Shown here: in pieces, positions 31,335-32,745 of the stretch | Position numbering within the stretch: position 1 is the stretch's first letter | How the letters are laid out: each line of letters begins with the position of its first letter | DNA from: a virus | Taxonomy: Duplodnaviria > Caudoviricetes | Virus record (IMG/VR): IMGVR_UViG_3300037420_000348 | Span: 1-32,745 of that record | Length of the DNA stretch: 32,745 nt | Reading direction: 5' to 3' (one strand) | Program-made: the position numbers and the translations under genes | The notes under the pieces: model-generated | Seen by the model: the letters and a program-made list of their open reading frames with translations, nothing else | What the model was told of the DNA's origin: nothing | Databases searched by the model: none

Positions 31335-32745
31335 AAAAGCATACAAAGGTATTTTGATTAACGGAGATGACCCAGCTTACATCACTGAGTTCTCCCGCAC
31401 TTTGCTCGACGGTTTCTACAAACGTAACGACGAGTCTATCTCTGAAGCACTTGCACGTCCCGCTATCGCTTTCTGTTATGGTGATCTGGAGCTTGCACAA
31501 CGCATCTATGATTACGTCTACAACGGCTGGTTCATGTACGCTAGCCCTGTATTGTCGAACGCTCGCAAGGGAAGTTGGGTGAACGATCCTGAGAAGAATG
31601 GTGCACACTACTGGTATAAAAGCACGTTCATCCCAGAGGAAAAGAGTGTTGGCCAACCTATCTCTTGCTTCGCATTCGATGTGCCGGATAGTTTGAAAGG
31701 TCAAAAAGAAGTAATGGTGGAGTTGGCAGACCTCTCTACGGCTGGCGGTGGTACTGGTGGTCACATTAGTATTCGTGCTGTGAGTGACAAGTCGCCGGGT
31801 CCGATTCCTTATATGAAAGTGTTGGATAGCACGATTGGTTATTATCGTCAAGGCAAGACTCGTAAAGGTGCTATCGCAGTGTATATGGATGTAAATCATC
31901 CGGACATTCTTGAGCACATTAACTTCCGTAAGCCCGGTGGTGACACTAAACGACGTAGCGATAATCGGCAGCAGTTTCACAATGCTGTTAATCTTACTGA
32001 CGATTTTATTGATGCGGTGTTCAATGACACAACGTATGATCTGAAGTGCCCACACACTGGCGAAGTGCGTGACACGCTACGTGCTCGTGAAGTTTGGGAA
32101 CTGATTCTTGAGACACGTGCATTCACTGGTGAGCCTTATCTGCTTAAGATTGATGAAGCTAATCGACGCATGCCTGAGACACAGAAGGCTAAAGGGCTTA
32201 AGATTCGTGGCTCCAACTTGTGCAGTGAGATTGTTCTGCCGACTGATGAAGAACGCACGTTTGTCTGCTGCCTGTCTAGCCTCAACCTTGAGAAGTGGGA
32301 TGAGTGGAAGAACACTAACATTGTACAGGATTTGGTTAGGTTCCTCGACAATGTGCTGCAAAGCTTCATTGACAATGCGCCTGATGGCATGCGCAAGGCT
32401 AAGTTCAGTGCAGAGAAAGAGCGTGCTATTGGTCTTGGCACTCTTGGTTGGCACGGCTACCTGCAAAGCAAAGGTATCGCATTTGAGAGTGGTGGATTTA
32501 ACAGTGCTGTGATGCACACCAATATGCTGTACAGCGAGATTAAGAGGCGTGCTGTAGAAGAAAGTATGCGACTTGCTGTTGAGCGCGGTGAGCCAGAGGA
32601 CATGATTGGCACTGGGCTGCGCAACAGTCGTACTATGGCAATTGCTCCGAACGCTAACAGTGCTGACTTGCTTGACACGTCGCCTAGTATTGAGCCATAC
32701 TTCCGAAATGTGTTTCTGAAGGACACTCGTGCTGGTACGTTCAAG
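31327..32745 (+). CDS. nrdA: ribonucleotide reductase class I alpha subunit (truncated by the window edge)
   Basis: Hand-translated: ASPVLSN, PISCF, GGGTG, QGKTRKGA, HPDI, TGEPY, SNLCSEI, VCCLSSLNL, ERAIGLG, AIAPNA. No ATP cone. Missing from the ORF track because no stop falls in the window. Confidence 0.95.
   Translation, partial: MSKKAYKGILINGDDPAYITEFSRTLLDGFYKRNDESISEALARPAIAFCYGDLELAQRIYDYVYNGWFMYASPVLSNARKGSWVNDPEKNGAHYWYKSTFIPEEKSVGQPISCFAFDVPDSLKGQKEVMVELADLSTAGGGTGGHISIRAVSDKSPGPIPYMKVLDSTIGYYRQGKTRKGAIAVYMDVNHPDILEHINFRKPGGDTKRRSDNRQQFHNAVNLTDDFIDAVFNDTTYDLKCPHTGEVRDTLRAREVWELILETRAFTGEPYLLKIDEANRRMPETQKAKGLKIRGSNLCSEIVLPTDEERTFVCCLSSLNLEKWDEWKNTNIVQDLVRFLDNVLQSFIDNAPDGMRKAKFSAEKERAIGLGTLGWHGYLQSKGIAFESGGFNSAVMHTNMLYSEIKRRAVEESMRLAVERGEPEDMIGTGLRNSRTMAIAPNANSADLLDTSPSIEPYFRNVFLKDTRAGTFK

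Noticed and set aside
31324-32744. ORF-track entries over the right end
   Set aside because: All are alternative frames of nrdA, which the track misses because it has no stop in the window.

Overview
The window is a 32.7 kb segment of a dsDNA tailed-phage genome, probably lytic: there is no integrase, and genes are densely packed and translationally coupled. Positions 1-6110 are mostly minus-strand small genes behind sigma70-type promoters, including an acidic ArdA-like protein, with two long non-coding blocks. From about 6260 onward everything is on the plus strand: many small hypothetical genes interleaved with a replication and nucleotide-metabolism set (SleB-like hydrolase, ThyX, T7 gp4-like primase-helicase, family A DNA polymerase, SSB-like protein, 5'-3' exonuclease, HNH nuclease, metallophosphoesterase, MazG-like pyrophosphohydrolase, two Pol-beta-fold nucleotidyltransferases, and NrdA running off the right edge). 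Four free-standing homing-endonuclease-like genes are present. The most striking observation is that two unrelated ~395 aa nucleases (HNH plus repeats, and Zn-ribbon plus GIY-YIG) each sit directly behind, and overlap, a paralogous 65-69 aa ORF with its own promoter. This suggests a recurring two-gene 'small partner + nuclease' cassette. Other highlights are a PEP-CTERM-like surface protein, two RMF-like paralogs, a host-like SSB tail, a conserved early-promoter leader motif and iteron-like non-coding repeats. All calls come from reading motifs by eye; no database searches were run.
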